A stretch of 64,000 nucleotides of DNA from NCBI GenBank assembly GCA_965215475.1, contig OZ244061.1, forward strand, positions 2,728,307-2,792,306. Direction: 5' to 3'. Each line of letters starts with the position of its first letter. Position 1 is the stretch's first letter. A program made the position numbers and the translations under genes. The notes beneath the pieces are model-generated. The model had not been told where the DNA came from. It searched no databases and saw only the letters and a list, made by a program, of their open reading frames with translations. This stretch comes from Rhodothermales bacterium. Lineage in GTDB: Bacteria; Bacteroidota; Rhodothermia; Rhodothermales; Bin80. Positions 49,863-61,308 of the stretch are shown here, in pieces.

Positions 49863-51200
49863 TTAGTGCAAATTGGATGCCCACCCCTTAAATGTGAGGC
49901 GATCTATAAGGATGTTCGGTTTATCTACGGGTTGTTTGGCAAAGGTAAAGGTTTCGATAATTTGCTGTTCAACCTCCTCATATTGGTCAATCTTTCGGGT
50001 ATAGAAGCTTGCAAGTGGTTGACCGGGTAGGGCTCGATCGCCTGGGCGCAGGTGTAACACGATTCCTACTTCAGGATCAATTTTATCCTCAATCATCAGT
50101 CTTCCAACCCCTAGCTTATTACCAATTTCTGCCAGCACGAATGGATCTATGTCACTCACGTATCCGCTGATATCCAACGGAACCGTGACGGTATAAGGCT
50201 CCAGAGACCGAATACGTAATGAAGGATCATGAATAATAGCAGGATTTCCTCCTTGAGCTTCCACGATTTTAGACAGAAAATTCAGTGCTTTGCCGGATTG
50301 GAGTGTAGCATAGGCCATTTCCTCCCCTTTTTCGGATGTTTCCGCCAAGCCTGCGAGGGCAATCATCTCGCCACTGATCTTCAAGGACAATTCCATCACA
50401 TCTTCGGGACCTTCCCCACGTAAACAGCTGATAGATTCTTCAACCTCCAGCCAATTCCCAATGGCATATCCCATAGGGATATCCATGTTGGTTAGCCAAG
50501 CAATGGTAGATATTCCAAAATGTTCTCCAACCGTCACCAAGGTTTCTGCAAGTTCTCGGGCATCTTCCTTTTCTCTCATAAATGCGCCACGGCCAAGTTT
50601 TACGTCAAGTACCAGACCATCAATACCTGCGGCCAGTTTTTTGCTCAGTATGGATGCGGTAATAAAGGGGATAAAGTCAACACTCGCGGTGACATCCCGA
50701 AGGGCATAGAGTTGGCGGTCAGCAGGAGCGATTTCCTTATTCGCTCCAACCATTACAACTCCAAGTTCACGAATCTGGTGGTAGACTTCATTAATCCTCA
50801 AATTCGTGCGAAAACCGGGAATCGATTCTAGCTTGTCAAGCGTTCCCCCAGTATGTCCCAATGCTCGGCCAGAGATCATAGGTACACGCACTCCACATGC
50901 CCCGACAATAGGAGCGAGTACCAGTGAGATTTTATCTCCAACCCCCCCGGTTGAATGCTTGTCAATAATATGAGAGGAAATGACTGAGAAATCTAGAATT
51001 CTCCCCGAATTCAGCATACATTGGGTCAAGGTAATCGTCTCATTCATGACCATACCTTGTAATTGGGCAGCCATTAGAAACGCTGCCATCTGATAATCAG
51101 GTATACGTCCAGCCGTATATCCTTCAATCAGGTACTGAATCTCAGCAGATGAGAGTTCTAAACCTTCCCGCTTCTTTTTAATAATGTGAATTGTATCCAT
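49863..51200 (-). CDS. deoA: Thymidine/pyrimidine-nucleoside phosphorylase
   Basis: 445 aa with DKHSTGGVGDK, SGRALGHTGGTLDKLE and the C-terminal PYNP domain. Confidence 0.9.
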   Translation of the reverse strand: MDTIHIIKKKREGLELSSAEIQYLIEGYTAGRIPDYQMAAFLMAAQLQGMVMNETITLTQCMLNSGRILDFSVISSHIIDKHSTGGVGDKISLVLAPIVGACGVRVPMISGRALGHTGGTLDKLESIPGFRTNLRINEVYHQIRELGVVMVGANKEIAPADRQLYALRDVTASVDFIPFITASILSKKLAAGIDGLVLDVKLGRGAFMREKEDARELAETLVTVGEHFGISTIAWLTNMDIPMGYAIGNWLEVEESISCLRGEGPEDVMELSLKISGEMIALAGLAETSEKGEEMAYATLQSGKALNFLSKIVEAQGGNPAIIHDPSLRIRSLEPYTVTVPLDISGYVSDIDPFVLAEIGNKLGVGRLMIEDKIDPEVGIVLHLRPGDRALPGQPLASFYTRKIDQYEEVEQQIIETFTFAKQPVDKPNILIDRLTFKGWASNLH

Positions 51201-51273
51201 GACCTTACGAAATACAGAAGGCGAACCAGATCACGGCTCGCCTCCTAACGACAATGTTCATTCCCCGAAAATT

Positions 51274-51492
51274 CTATTCGCTGGCATCTTTTTTGCCGTA
51301 CCTGCGATGGAATTTCTCTACACGCCCTGCAGTATCTACGTATTGTCGACGTCCTGTATAAAATGGATGATTGGTACTATCAACATCGGATACATACTGC
51401 TCAGTCGGCATCGTTGACCGTGTTTCAAATTCGGTCCCGTCTGCAAGACGCACTTTGATGGGAGTATAATCTGGATGGATCTCTTTTTTCAT
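51274..51492 (-). CDS. rpmE: 50S ribosomal protein L31
   Basis: Reads MKKEIHPDY...HPFYTG...RVEKFHRRYG. The start was trimmed to the ATG at 51492. Confidence 0.9.
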   Translation of the reverse strand: MKKEIHPDYTPIKVRLADGTEFETRSTMPTEQYVSDVDSTNHPFYTGRRQYVDTAGRVEKFHRRYGKKDASE

Positions 51493-51538
51493 AGAAACGA
51501 CAGTATGGATGAATGCGAATCCAATCATTCTTTTTTAG

Positions 51539-53605
51539 CTATGTTCCCTCATTGAGAAGAGATTCGATGCGGGAAATATTATCTCGAAGGTTCGCGGCCT
51601 TTTCAAATTCCATTTTCTCAGCAGCTTCCAGCATTTCTTTGTTCATTTGTTTGATCAAATCCTTTTTCTCCGCTTCGCTGAGCATTTTGAATAGGGGATC
51701 ATCTATTTCTTGCGGGATTTCAGGTTTTTCTTCCGGGTGAACAGTTGGTGTCTGTCCTGCAGGATCGCGCTCTTCAGCGACCACAGTTCCGAGGAGTACA
51801 TCACTGCGATCTTTATGCACCGTATGAGGAACGATACCATGTTTTTTGTTATAATCAAGCTGCTTTGTACGGCGTCGGTTGGATTCATCAAGCATTCGCT
51901 GCATACTGCCGGTGATTTTATCTGCATACAGGATGATTTTACTGTTAATGTTGCGCGCAGCACGTCCAGCCGTCTGGATGAGTGCACGGTCACTTCGGAG
52001 GAATCCCTCTTTATCCGCATCAATGATCGCAACCAGAGACACCTCTGGAAGGTCAAGACCTTCTCGAAGCAGGTTCACACCTACGAGAACATCATACGTG
52101 CCAAGTCGAAGATCCCGTAATAATTCAACCCTTGTGAGTGCATCTATATCTGAGTGTAGGTAGCGACATCGAATCCCGAATGAGTCCAGATAATCTGTCA
52201 GATCTTCAGACATCCGTTTGGTCAGCGTCGTAACCAGGGTTCGTTCTTTTCTGGCATTCACCAGTCGGATCTCTTCTAGAAGATCATCAATCTGATGTTC
52301 GCTGGGTCGGATCAAGACCGGAGGATCAGGGATGCCCGTTGGGCGGATGACTTGTTCGACAAACTCTCCTTCTGATTTTTGAAGTTCGTAATCTCCGGGA
52401 GTTGCACTCATGAAAATCGTTCGCTGTTGCCTCTGTTCATATTCTTCAAACGTCATAGGCCGATTATCCAGGGCAGAGGGAAGCCTGAAGCCATGCTCAA
52501 CCAGCGTGAGCTTGCGTGCTCGGTCGCCGTTGTACATGGCTCGGATTTGTGGAATCGTGGCATGGCTTTCGTCAACCACCAGAAGGAAATCATTAGGAAA
52601 ATAATCCAAGAGGCAATAGGGGCGTTGCCCCTCAGGAAGTCCCGTCATATGACGGCTGTAATTTTCAATCCCGGAGCAATAGCCCAGTTCACGAATCATC
52701 TCAAGATCAAACATGGTACGTTGTTCTAATCGTTGGGCTTCCAGCATTTGATTTCTTTGCCGTAGCACGGCCAAACGCCATTGCAATTCGTCTTCAATCG
52801 TAGCAACGGCCCGTTCAATCTGTTCCGTTGGGGTCACGAAAATACGTGCGGGGTAGATAGTTAGTGCTGCATGCTCCTCTTCAAGAATTTTCCCGGTGAG
52901 GGGATGGATCATAGTAATCTGTTCAATCTCATCTCCCCAGAAAAGAACACGATAAGCAAGATCTTCGGCATACGTGGGGTAAATATCTACCGTATCTCCA
53001 CGTACTCTGAATGTCCCTGGTTGGAGTTCTATGTCATTGCGCTTATAAAAAATTCCGATCAACTGCAGAAGTAGTTCTCCACGTTCTATTTCCTGTCCAG
53101 GTACAATTTGGACAATTTGGGATTGATATTCCTTAGGGGAGCCTAAGCCATAGATACAGGAAACACTTGCTACCACGATTACATCTTTGCGCCCGGAGAC
53201 TAGAGAACTGGTTGCTCGTAACCGCAGTCGGTCAATTCGATCATTGATGGACATATCCTTTTCGATATACGTATCGGAGTGGACGATATAGGCCTCGGGT
53301 TGATAGTAATCGTAGTAAGAAATAAAGAATTCAACAGCATTATTCGGGAAAAATTGTCGAAACTCGGCATACAGCTGTGCAGCAAGCGTTTTGTTATGGC
53401 TCATGACCAGCGTCGGCCTTCCGATATTTTGGATGACATTGCTGATCGTGAATGTTTTTCCTGATCCAGTTACCCCGAGGAGTGTCTGATATTCCTTTCC
53501 TTGAACCAGCCCTTCCGTCAGGTCCTTGATCGCGGTAGGCTGATCTCCAAATGGTTCGAAGGGGGCAGATAACTCAAACGTACGCTCGTTAAGCGGAATA
53601 GCCAT
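51539..53605 (-). CDS. uvrB: Excinuclease ABC subunit B
   Basis: 688 aa with GVTGSGKTF, YYDYYQPEAY, the helicase motifs and the C-terminal UVR domain (EKMEFEKAANLRD). Confidence 0.95.
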   Translation of the reverse strand: MAIPLNERTFELSAPFEPFGDQPTAIKDLTEGLVQGKEYQTLLGVTGSGKTFTISNVIQNIGRPTLVMSHNKTLAAQLYAEFRQFFPNNAVEFFISYYDYYQPEAYIVHSDTYIEKDMSINDRIDRLRLRATSSLVSGRKDVIVVASVSCIYGLGSPKEYQSQIVQIVPGQEIERGELLLQLIGIFYKRNDIELQPGTFRVRGDTVDIYPTYAEDLAYRVLFWGDEIEQITMIHPLTGKILEEEHAALTIYPARIFVTPTEQIERAVATIEDELQWRLAVLRQRNQMLEAQRLEQRTMFDLEMIRELGYCSGIENYSRHMTGLPEGQRPYCLLDYFPNDFLLVVDESHATIPQIRAMYNGDRARKLTLVEHGFRLPSALDNRPMTFEEYEQRQQRTIFMSATPGDYELQKSEGEFVEQVIRPTGIPDPPVLIRPSEHQIDDLLEEIRLVNARKERTLVTTLTKRMSEDLTDYLDSFGIRCRYLHSDIDALTRVELLRDLRLGTYDVLVGVNLLREGLDLPEVSLVAIIDADKEGFLRSDRALIQTAGRAARNINSKIILYADKITGSMQRMLDESNRRRTKQLDYNKKHGIVPHTVHKDRSDVLLGTVVAEERDPAGQTPTVHPEEKPEIPQEIDDPLFKMLSEAEKKDLIKQMNKEMLEAAEKMEFEKAANLRDNISRIESLLNEGT

Positions 53606-53794
53606 GAGGATGATCGACAGAAAATAGGACTGATGGTTGTAAGGTCAAGCTGAAGATTTTGATTGAAGAGGGACCCTGAATCTGTGTGAAAGTTGAGATC
53701 ATGATGATTGGATTTCGTTCGCTAATTCTCGCGATCCTTGGAGCTTTCGCATTGACTTTCTGGTCAACTCAATTTTGTGTGTATTGTTGACGAT

Positions 53795-54671
53795 TCCGAC
53801 CCTGGAGGGATCCTTTGATTTGGATTTTCATGCGATCCCCTATCATGGGGATGAGGTGTTCATGCAGAAGCATTCTATCTCCAAGCGGAGTCGTCGTCAG
53901 CGTGGAATCTTGGCATTGGTGGCACGAGAGGCCAGTCAGCGGGGGTTGATCCATGGGGATGCGAAGATCACGAAAGCGGCCCAGAATGGTGCCATTTTAT
54001 CCTTCATTGACCTCTGGAAACAACGGACGGGAGAGGTTCCAAAGGAATTGGTCTTTGACCGCCGCTTTACGACCTATGCGCATCTGGCCAAACTCCATGA
54101 GCGGGGGATCTTCTTCTTAACGTTGCGCAAGCGTGCCCCCACCATCATCCAGCAGATCTTGGAGCGTCCCCGCGATCAATGGAAAAAGATTCGTCTTCAC
54201 AATATCGGGCGCAAGTACGCAACGCCTCAGGTATTGGACCAAACGATTCTCCTGAACCAGGACCAATTCCCCGTCCGGCAACTCGCGATCAAAGGGCTGG
54301 GCCATGAACGACCCACCCTCCTGATCACCAATCATAGGGACGCACGCGCCGCCGACCTGGTGGATCGATATGCCCGGCGCATGCTGGTGGAACATGCCAT
54401 TCAGGATGCGCTCTCGAGTACGATTCCATTGCGAATGGATTTGGATCTACAGCTGACGATGATGGCAAGTACCCTGTATCAGGTATTTGCACACCGACTC
54501 GGTCCCCGATACCAGACTGCAAAAACGCAAACCCTGTTTCGAAACCTTGTCCAGGCTCCTGGAAAAATCGTCACCAACCACGACCAGATCATCGTACAAT
54601 TCAACCGGCGTTCCTACCATCCCGAACTGCGGAGTGCCGGGTATGTTGGTTCCCAAGGTGAAATCCCCTAG
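53795..54671 (+). mobile_element. IS4-superfamily DDE transposase fragment (5'-truncated, degraded)
   Basis: The homologue of 22515-22880 continues here to the C-terminus. TAG at 54669-54671 sits where this family normally has PW(L). It shares the same internal deletion/frameshift before FDLDFH as the 22.5-kb copy. Confidence 0.7.
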
Positions 54672-55051
54672 ATGCAGAATCGAACGGTGATCCTTGAATA
54701 TCCATGAGCTGCAAATTGAATCGTTTTGTCACAAAAAAACGTGGTTGGAAATTCAGGGTACAGAAATGGGAACGTGTGAAACAGGGGATGGAGCATCTAT
54801 GGCATTTTGTAGTGACTGGCCTCCTAAAAGATATGTCGTCAAACGGTGGAACGTAACGCAAGGCAGGAGCCGAGCCCCTACCGTGATAAATTCCCCCAGG
54901 CTGTCCGACACTAAATTATATGGAATTCTTGGACGAATACAAAAAATCTATTCAGGAATCCGTTTTTCAAGGTTCCCTTCCCAAAGAAAAACGATACTGC
55001 ATCTTTGAAAAAAGCGATCATAGGATGTGTAAATCATTTTGGGCAGGCTGG

Positions 55052-56038
55052 TTACAGCCATCCCTGTTCACGATACCAGGCAATCGTTTCATAAATGCCA
55101 TCCTTCAATGAGATCTGGGAAGTATACCCGAAATGTTCAGTGGCTTTATTGGAGGAACATTGTTTGGTCGCATAAAGAATTTCCCGGGCCTTCTCACGGT
55201 TCAGAGGGGGGGAGGTTCGGGAAAGATTTCCAGCCAATTCACTAATAGTTCCGAGGGTCAAAATCAGCGAGCGAGGAATTTGGATCAGGCGAGATTTTTT
55301 TTCCAGTGCAGAGTCAGATGATTTTTTCAGTTCGTCCCAGGAGATGATTCTGTCATTTCCCATATAATATGTTTCGCCCGTAGTTCGAAGAGATTCTGCT
55401 GCTTCAATCATTCCACGGGCCAGATCACGTACATGCACTAGTGAGAGTCCAGAATCATCACGCGGGATAACACAGAGTCCGCGATTTACGGCAGCAAAAA
55501 AGGTTAGTAGATCTCGATCTCTTGGTCCATACACAACAGGTGGGCGGATGATCACCATCGGTAGATCTATCTTCGCCAATGCATATTCCATGGCCAGTTT
55601 GCTTCGGCCATACATCGAAACGGGATTGCAAAGAGTAGATTCATCGGCGAGGACTTCTTGGGTATCACCAGCGACGGCCAAGCTACTGGCAATACATATG
55701 TTGGTAATGGTTGAAGTTTCCGCTGCCGCCGCCATTAAACGTACCGTAGAAGCAACATTGGCCTCATACAGGATTTCCCACGAGGATGCTCGTGTCATTG
55801 CACCTAAATGGTATACAAAGTCTACTCCTTGCAGAGCCTGTTTCACTAGTTTGGAGTCATTCAAGCTTCCGTGAATCTGTACCACATCCAGATCAGCCAG
55901 CCATTTTGGTTCAGAACGAACCAAGCAGCGAATCTCAGAGTACCCTCGTTGGAGTAATGCCTCAACCAGGTGACTGCCAATAAATCCGGTTCCTCCCGTC
56001 ACAAATGCGACTTTATCCATCGGGGTGCTTTTTTTCAA
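55052..56038 (-). CDS. NAD-dependent epimerase/dehydratase family protein
   Basis: 328 aa with an N-terminal Rossmann motif VTGGTGFIGSHL and a YGRSK catalytic motif. Confidence 0.85.
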   Translation of the reverse strand: MKKSTPMDKVAFVTGGTGFIGSHLVEALLQRGYSEIRCLVRSEPKWLADLDVVQIHGSLNDSKLVKQALQGVDFVYHLGAMTRASSWEILYEANVASTVRLMAAAAETSTITNICIASSLAVAGDTQEVLADESTLCNPVSMYGRSKLAMEYALAKIDLPMVIIRPPVVYGPRDRDLLTFFAAVNRGLCVIPRDDSGLSLVHVRDLARGMIEAAESLRTTGETYYMGNDRIISWDELKKSSDSALEKKSRLIQIPRSLILTLGTISELAGNLSRTSPPLNREKAREILYATKQCSSNKATEHFGYTSQISLKDGIYETIAWYREQGWL

Positions 56039-57476
56039 GTAAGATCACGTTCTCAAGATGGTGGGTGTGAGGAAATAAATCTATCGGTTGTGCAACAACG
56101 GCATCAAAGGATTCCGATAGGACTTGTAGATCTCGTGCTTGGGACTGAATATTACAACTCACGTATATGATCTTCCGGGCGTTTAGCTTAGATACCTGTT
56201 TGGCTACCTTTGGATGCATACCTGCTCGAGGAGGATCAAGTACGACGACATCTGGATGTCCATGCTTGGTAATAAAATCTGGCTTCAAGAGATGCATCAT
56301 ATCTCCACTGATAAAACTGGTATTTTTGATTCGATTCCGTTTCGCATTCCTTTTTGCATTACATATAGCATCTTCAATCAATTCAATCCCAGTCACATGC
56401 CCAGCAAATTTGGCTAGGGATAATGCGATCGTCCCTGTGCCACAGTAGAGATCATATACATGTTCCGTATTGGTCACCTTAGCGAGATCCAGAACAACAT
56501 TTACCAATGTTTCTGCCTGAAGAGTGTTGGTTTGAAAAAATGCACCTGGCGCAATCTCGAATGTGAGTTTACCGATACGTTCTTGCAGGATCCCAGAGCC
56601 GTAGATAATCTCAGTTCGTTCTCCGAATGCGGTCTGAGCAGGGGTTGAATTGATGGTGTTGACCAGTGTGGTCACGTAAGGATGCTCTTCTTTGAGATAG
56701 GTTTCAAATCTGGACATTCGTTTTACATCATATTCAGACGTGATGAGATTCACCATGAAATCGGGCATATGGAACGACTTCCGGATAACAAGGTGACGTA
56801 AAAATCCATCCTGATCTCGCCAGTTCCAGGGGATCCAATGATGTTGCTTTGCAAGAGATCGGATCCCGTTAACGACTGCCGTACTTCGTTCATCTTGAAG
56901 GTGGCACTGGTGGATGTCCAAGATTTTTGCAAATACCTTTGGTGGGTGAAGGCCAAGTGCAAAGGATGTGTCAAATTTTTCTCCGGAGTCAATTTCCTCT
57001 CTGGTGAGCCAGCGGTAAGGAGAAAAGGAGAACTCCATTTTATTTCGGTATCCATAGATGGCGGGTGCTTTCAGTGGTCTACGAATTTTCAGATTAGGAA
57101 GACCAGCGATTCGTTCCATGGTCTCGCATACCAAGCGGTATTTATCCCTGAGCTGCTGTTCATAGGATGTAGACTGGAGAGTGCACCCTCCACAGTTTCC
57201 AAAATATTTACATCGTGGCTGAACCCGGTGTGGGGAAGGTTGCAGCACATCCTGAAGTTGTGCCTCGGCGAATTTCCGTCGCCGTTTGGTTACTTTGACG
57301 CGCACACGTTCGCCGGCCAAGCTGTGGGGAACAAACACAACCTGGCCGTGATGATACCCGAGACATTTTCCTAGGTCTGCGATTTTTTCCATCTTTAATT
57401 CGACAACGTCCCCCCGTCGCAGAGGATGTTTCGGCGATGGATCTCTTTCAATGCTCGGATCAGAAGGCATGACCAA
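56013..57476 (-). CDS. 23S rRNA (uracil-5-)-methyltransferase, RlmD/RumA family
   Basis: 487 aa with a TRAM-like N-terminus, an Fe-S cysteine cluster CKYFGNCGGC, the SAM motif DLYCGTGT and DPPRAG. Confidence 0.85.
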   Translation of the reverse strand: MVMPSDPSIERDPSPKHPLRRGDVVELKMEKIADLGKCLGYHHGQVVFVPHSLAGERVRVKVTKRRRKFAEAQLQDVLQPSPHRVQPRCKYFGNCGGCTLQSTSYEQQLRDKYRLVCETMERIAGLPNLKIRRPLKAPAIYGYRNKMEFSFSPYRWLTREEIDSGEKFDTSFALGLHPPKVFAKILDIHQCHLQDERSTAVVNGIRSLAKQHHWIPWNWRDQDGFLRHLVIRKSFHMPDFMVNLITSEYDVKRMSRFETYLKEEHPYVTTLVNTINSTPAQTAFGERTEIIYGSGILQERIGKLTFEIAPGAFFQTNTLQAETLVNVVLDLAKVTNTEHVYDLYCGTGTIALSLAKFAGHVTGIELIEDAICNAKRNAKRNRIKNTSFISGDMMHLLKPDFITKHGHPDVVVLDPPRAGMHPKVAKQVSKLNARKIIYVSCNIQSQARDLQVLSESFDAVVAQPIDLFPHTHHLENVILLEKKHPDG

Positions 57477-59937
57477 GTCGAAAATAGCCTACCCAATCAT
57501 TCAGTCCTGATGGGAAAAATCCTGCACTTGGACGTTTAGGGTCGCGTACTTGGACGGCCAGATCCAAGCGAGCGACTAGGTAGGCCCATGATACTCGGAT
57601 CCCAACGCCCCATCCCATACCGGTTTCCTGAAGTAGGTTTTGAAAAATAAGACGCCCGGTCGGTTGTCCAGGAGTAGTCTCTGAGAATCCAGGATTACGT
57701 GGACCAAACCATACATTACCTGCATCCGTAAAGGTGGTGAGGATCCAATCCGCTCCGAGGCGATTCTGGACTACGGTTTGGCGTAATTCTAAACTGGCTT
57801 CCAGTTTGATATCTCCTCCAAGCAGGTTCGTTTCCCGTTGATTATTGGATAACTGACTAAAACTGGCTGCTCCTGGGCCTAATTGTCGGAGCCCCCATCC
57901 CCGTACGCTTGATGCACCACCACTATAAAAGCGATGGGTAAAGGGTACCACGGTAGATTTCCCAATAGGATGAACCCAGCCACCAAAGAATTTGGAAGCC
58001 AGAACGGTGCGGTTACCTAGCCGATAGTATCGTCGAAGGCTACCTGTAAATCGGATATACTGGCGGTAGTAGGCCTCGGAATTACTACCCGTAAAAGAGA
58101 AAAGACGTAAGCTTTGATCCAGTGTTCCCGGAGTAAAAACGTAACGATCCAAGAAATAGGGAAGCATTCCTCCTAATTCCGCACTGGCCTCATAGCTATA
58201 GCCATCATCTTTACGAAGGAGATTGACCCGCTCAGATCGAAAGGTATAGCGGATTGCATTGTTGATTTGCGGTTGAGTATAATCTTCCAGAATTTGAGCA
58301 CGTTGAACCGGATCAATGATTTGCCTTCTTTCCTCCGTACCCAGTACCCGTTGGAGGAATCTTAATTCAAAGCCTCGCAATGTATCAGGTTGGCTTAAAC
58401 TTAGATCCATCAGATCAATGAATGAAGTGATATTGGGAGTGTGCCGGAGTTCAAAACGAATGCGTGTTGCAATACGTCCACGGATAATCAGGCTTAAATC
58501 TTCACGGCGAGCGGTGAGATAGCTAAACGTAAATCGGGTTCGAGTTTGCAACAGATCCAGATCCAGAGTATGGAACGGGGCAATCAGATAGGGTAGACTC
58601 AAATTTGCTGAGAATTCTGCTAGAGTAGATGAGAAAAGAGTCGAATCTATATCTGCTGCAACCGATCCCGTCGAGCTCAAACTGAATACTTCTCCACCGC
58701 CAAACAGGTTGGCATTTTTATATGTGAGGCCCAGTCCACCACCAAATTCATTCTCAACATCCACTAATGCATCGTTACTCTGGCGAAGAAAAGCTGAAAA
58801 CAAAAATTGATGTCGTGGGCGGGTTCGAACCATGATCTGATGCGGGAGCACTTGATCAATGGGGGATTGAGATACAATGTCTGTGAATGTGAACACCCCC
58901 GTAGCTTCCAGATGTCGTTTGGTGGTCAGAACCTCGGATTGATTGTACCACGCACCGGGTTGAATATCCAGGGCTTCAACTAGTAGAGAACTCTTGATTC
59001 TACGATCTCCCTGAATTTTTGTAATCACCAGTTTAGAGGTATCCCTGTGAGTGAAGAACGTATCTATTCGTGCCGGTGCGTCCGGTTCGGGGCCTTCAAC
59101 TTCAAGCCGTATGTTGCCGTAACGGAAGCGTCTGCCGGTATGAATAAGTAACTCGACGTTAAATGAATCTGTGGTGACAGGTGTCACGATTGCACGAATA
59201 GAATCTCGTGTGACGGTGGCAAACCCCATATTTCGTAGCAGAATCATGAGTCTACTTCTTTCTTCCAATAATAGGCTCTCTCGGTATCGCTGCGGTACGG
59301 GCTTATAATCTAGAAGTGGTTGATTGGGGAGTGGAGGAAAGAGGGAGGATTGAGTGAGTCGCTGCTGTTGCGGATGATCAAGACTGTCAAGACCGACATA
59401 GGATACGCGGCTGATCAGTGTCGGAGGACCCTGGACAAGATGAAACGTGATGTAGGCATGGTTTTTATTAAAGGCAATCTGATAGCTAATGTCGGTTTGG
59501 AGATAGCCTTCCCGTTCAAAAAAAATACGAAGCTGTTCCACATCCCTTTCCAGCACAGTTTCGTCTACAATCGAAGGTGGTTCTCCCAGGTTCAAGAGGG
59601 CTCTACTTAATCGTGAGCCCAGTTTGCCGGCTTCCCCAACTCGGTAGAGCCATAGCCACCAATGTGCGCCACGAATCCCAAGAAACTTACGATTCGCGGA
59701 TGTACGGATACGACTTTGGAGAATTTCGTTGGAGAAATCCGTGTCCCCTACGAAAAATACACCTCCAATATGAGGTTGATCACGGTCAGATTGAGCGGAG
59801 GCAACTGCTGATGGGAGCCCTCCAACAAGCACAAGCAGGCAAATACTCCACCTACTCGTCCTCAAAGTAGAAATCGTCGTCGGCCGTCGGATAGTCAGGC
59901 CATACTTCATCCATGCTTTCGTAGGGTTCGCCTTCAT
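57460..59937 (-). CDS. Omp85/BamA-TamA family outer membrane protein
   Basis: 825 aa with a signal-like segment, POTRA-like repeats and a C-terminal beta-barrel ending YFRLGHAF. The start is uncertain because it overlaps the upstream gene by up to 86 nt. Confidence 0.75.
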   Translation of the reverse strand: MKANPTKAWMKYGLTIRRPTTISTLRTSRWSICLLVLVGGLPSAVASAQSDRDQPHIGGVFFVGDTDFSNEILQSRIRTSANRKFLGIRGAHWWLWLYRVGEAGKLGSRLSRALLNLGEPPSIVDETVLERDVEQLRIFFEREGYLQTDISYQIAFNKNHAYITFHLVQGPPTLISRVSYVGLDSLDHPQQQRLTQSSLFPPLPNQPLLDYKPVPQRYRESLLLEERSRLMILLRNMGFATVTRDSIRAIVTPVTTDSFNVELLIHTGRRFRYGNIRLEVEGPEPDAPARIDTFFTHRDTSKLVITKIQGDRRIKSSLLVEALDIQPGAWYNQSEVLTTKRHLEATGVFTFTDIVSQSPIDQVLPHQIMVRTRPRHQFLFSAFLRQSNDALVDVENEFGGGLGLTYKNANLFGGGEVFSLSSTGSVAADIDSTLFSSTLAEFSANLSLPYLIAPFHTLDLDLLQTRTRFTFSYLTARREDLSLIIRGRIATRIRFELRHTPNITSFIDLMDLSLSQPDTLRGFELRFLQRVLGTEERRQIIDPVQRAQILEDYTQPQINNAIRYTFRSERVNLLRKDDGYSYEASAELGGMLPYFLDRYVFTPGTLDQSLRLFSFTGSNSEAYYRQYIRFTGSLRRYYRLGNRTVLASKFFGGWVHPIGKSTVVPFTHRFYSGGASSVRGWGLRQLGPGAASFSQLSNNQRETNLLGGDIKLEASLELRQTVVQNRLGADWILTTFTDAGNVWFGPRNPGFSETTPGQPTGRLIFQNLLQETGMGWGVGIRVSWAYLVARLDLAVQVRDPKRPSAGFFPSGLNDWVGYFRLGHAF

Positions 59938-60073
59938 CCTCGAGCTCTCGGAGGTTCTCCATCACTTCGAAGGGAGCTCCAGTACGTTCCGCATAATCAA
60001 TGAGCTCCTCCTGAGTGGCTGGCCAAGGAGCATCTTCCAGATAGGAGGCCAGTTCGAGTGTCCAGTATCCCAT
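59852..60073 (-). CDS. DUF2795 family protein
   Basis: 73 aa. The LASYLEDAPWPATQEELIDYAERTGAPFEVMENL pattern fits DUF2795. Confidence 0.7.
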   Translation of the reverse strand: MGYWTLELASYLEDAPWPATQEELIDYAERTGAPFEVMENLRELEDEGEPYESMDEVWPDYPTADDDFYFEDE

Positions 60074-60165
60074 TTTGAATTTAAAGTGCGCTTCGTGTCA
60101 AAAACCGGATATTATGAAATTCAGAGGAATATGTTGTAATGCGTAGGCGATAACTCAAAAAAAAG

Positions 60166-61140
60166 TTAATCCAGTAGCGGAACACGACTAAGGTTATCTG
60201 CCCTGTCTAAGAGTTCTTGATACTGTTGCGGTGTCATAGTAGGTCCCAGGAAGTAACGGGGATCGAGAGCATTGTTATTATGATCACGCACTTCGTAGTG
60301 AACATGAGGGCCAACACTTAATCCGGTGTTCCCACTTTTTGCAACCTGTTGCCCGCGAACGACCTTCACCCCTTCTTTGATGTTTGGCAATACCGTATCC
60401 AAATGACCATAGAGCGTTTTATAGCCAGACTTAGGATGATCAATGAGGATATATCGACCATATCCCATATTGGAATAACTAATTCTTTCAACGACACCAG
60501 CTCCTGTAGCGTATATCGGGCTACCTTGGGGGATTGCAATGTCTAAACCAGAATGCATCCTTCGGTAATTCAGGATAGGATGTAAACGATACCCAAAACC
60601 GGATACGATTCGTCCCCCTTTGGTAGGAGGAATTGCTGGAAGTTGTGCAAGGGTCTCGATTCGTTGGATCCCAAGTGTTTTGAGATATTGAAAACTAACC
60701 GTCTGCAGGTTGATCTGCCTTTCAAGTTGATCAAGTAGTTGGATATGATCTCGAAGCAGTTCAGATGTCGATTTACTGAATCCATCAAAATGAGCATAGG
60801 GGTCAGCACCACCTATACCGACTTGACGTACATCACTAGAGATGGAGTCAGTTTGCAGAATCAATCGATATAATTCCTGGTCGGTTTCCGAGAGGCTCTC
60901 CAATTGTTCACTCAATCCAGCCACGCGTTGACGGGATTTGGATAATTCCTCTTGAAGGATCTCATTTTCTGCGATCAGGATCTGTTCCTGCACCGAAGTC
61001 ACAAGAAAACCAGTGACAAACCAGAGAACAGCAAACACCGCGAGGCAACCGGCTCCCCATAGGAGGGAGCGGCTCAATCTAGCAGGTTCATACTCTGGCT
61101 CAAGCGTACGTTCGTTGATACGAATTTTCTTGAACCTCAT
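60166..61140 (-). CDS. M23 family metallopeptidase
   Basis: 324 aa with an N-terminal TM segment and a coiled coil. It contains HSGLDIA, GHLD and GPHVHYEV. Confidence 0.85.
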   Translation of the reverse strand: MRFKKIRINERTLEPEYEPARLSRSLLWGAGCLAVFAVLWFVTGFLVTSVQEQILIAENEILQEELSKSRQRVAGLSEQLESLSETDQELYRLILQTDSISSDVRQVGIGGADPYAHFDGFSKSTSELLRDHIQLLDQLERQINLQTVSFQYLKTLGIQRIETLAQLPAIPPTKGGRIVSGFGYRLHPILNYRRMHSGLDIAIPQGSPIYATGAGVVERISYSNMGYGRYILIDHPKSGYKTLYGHLDTVLPNIKEGVKVVRGQQVAKSGNTGLSVGPHVHYEVRDHNNNALDPRYFLGPTMTPQQYQELLDRADNLSRVPLLD

Positions 61141-61308
61141 ACTATCACGAAAAATTTTGTAATGAATGTATGTAGATACTGGTACTTAGGCGGGGAAAAT
61201 ATACAAAATGAACCAACAATAATCCCCCAAAAAAGCGTTTGTACGTGCGAGTTTACAAAATGATTACGTTTTTATATAGGAAATTCACTTGCAAAACATA
61301 TATAAATA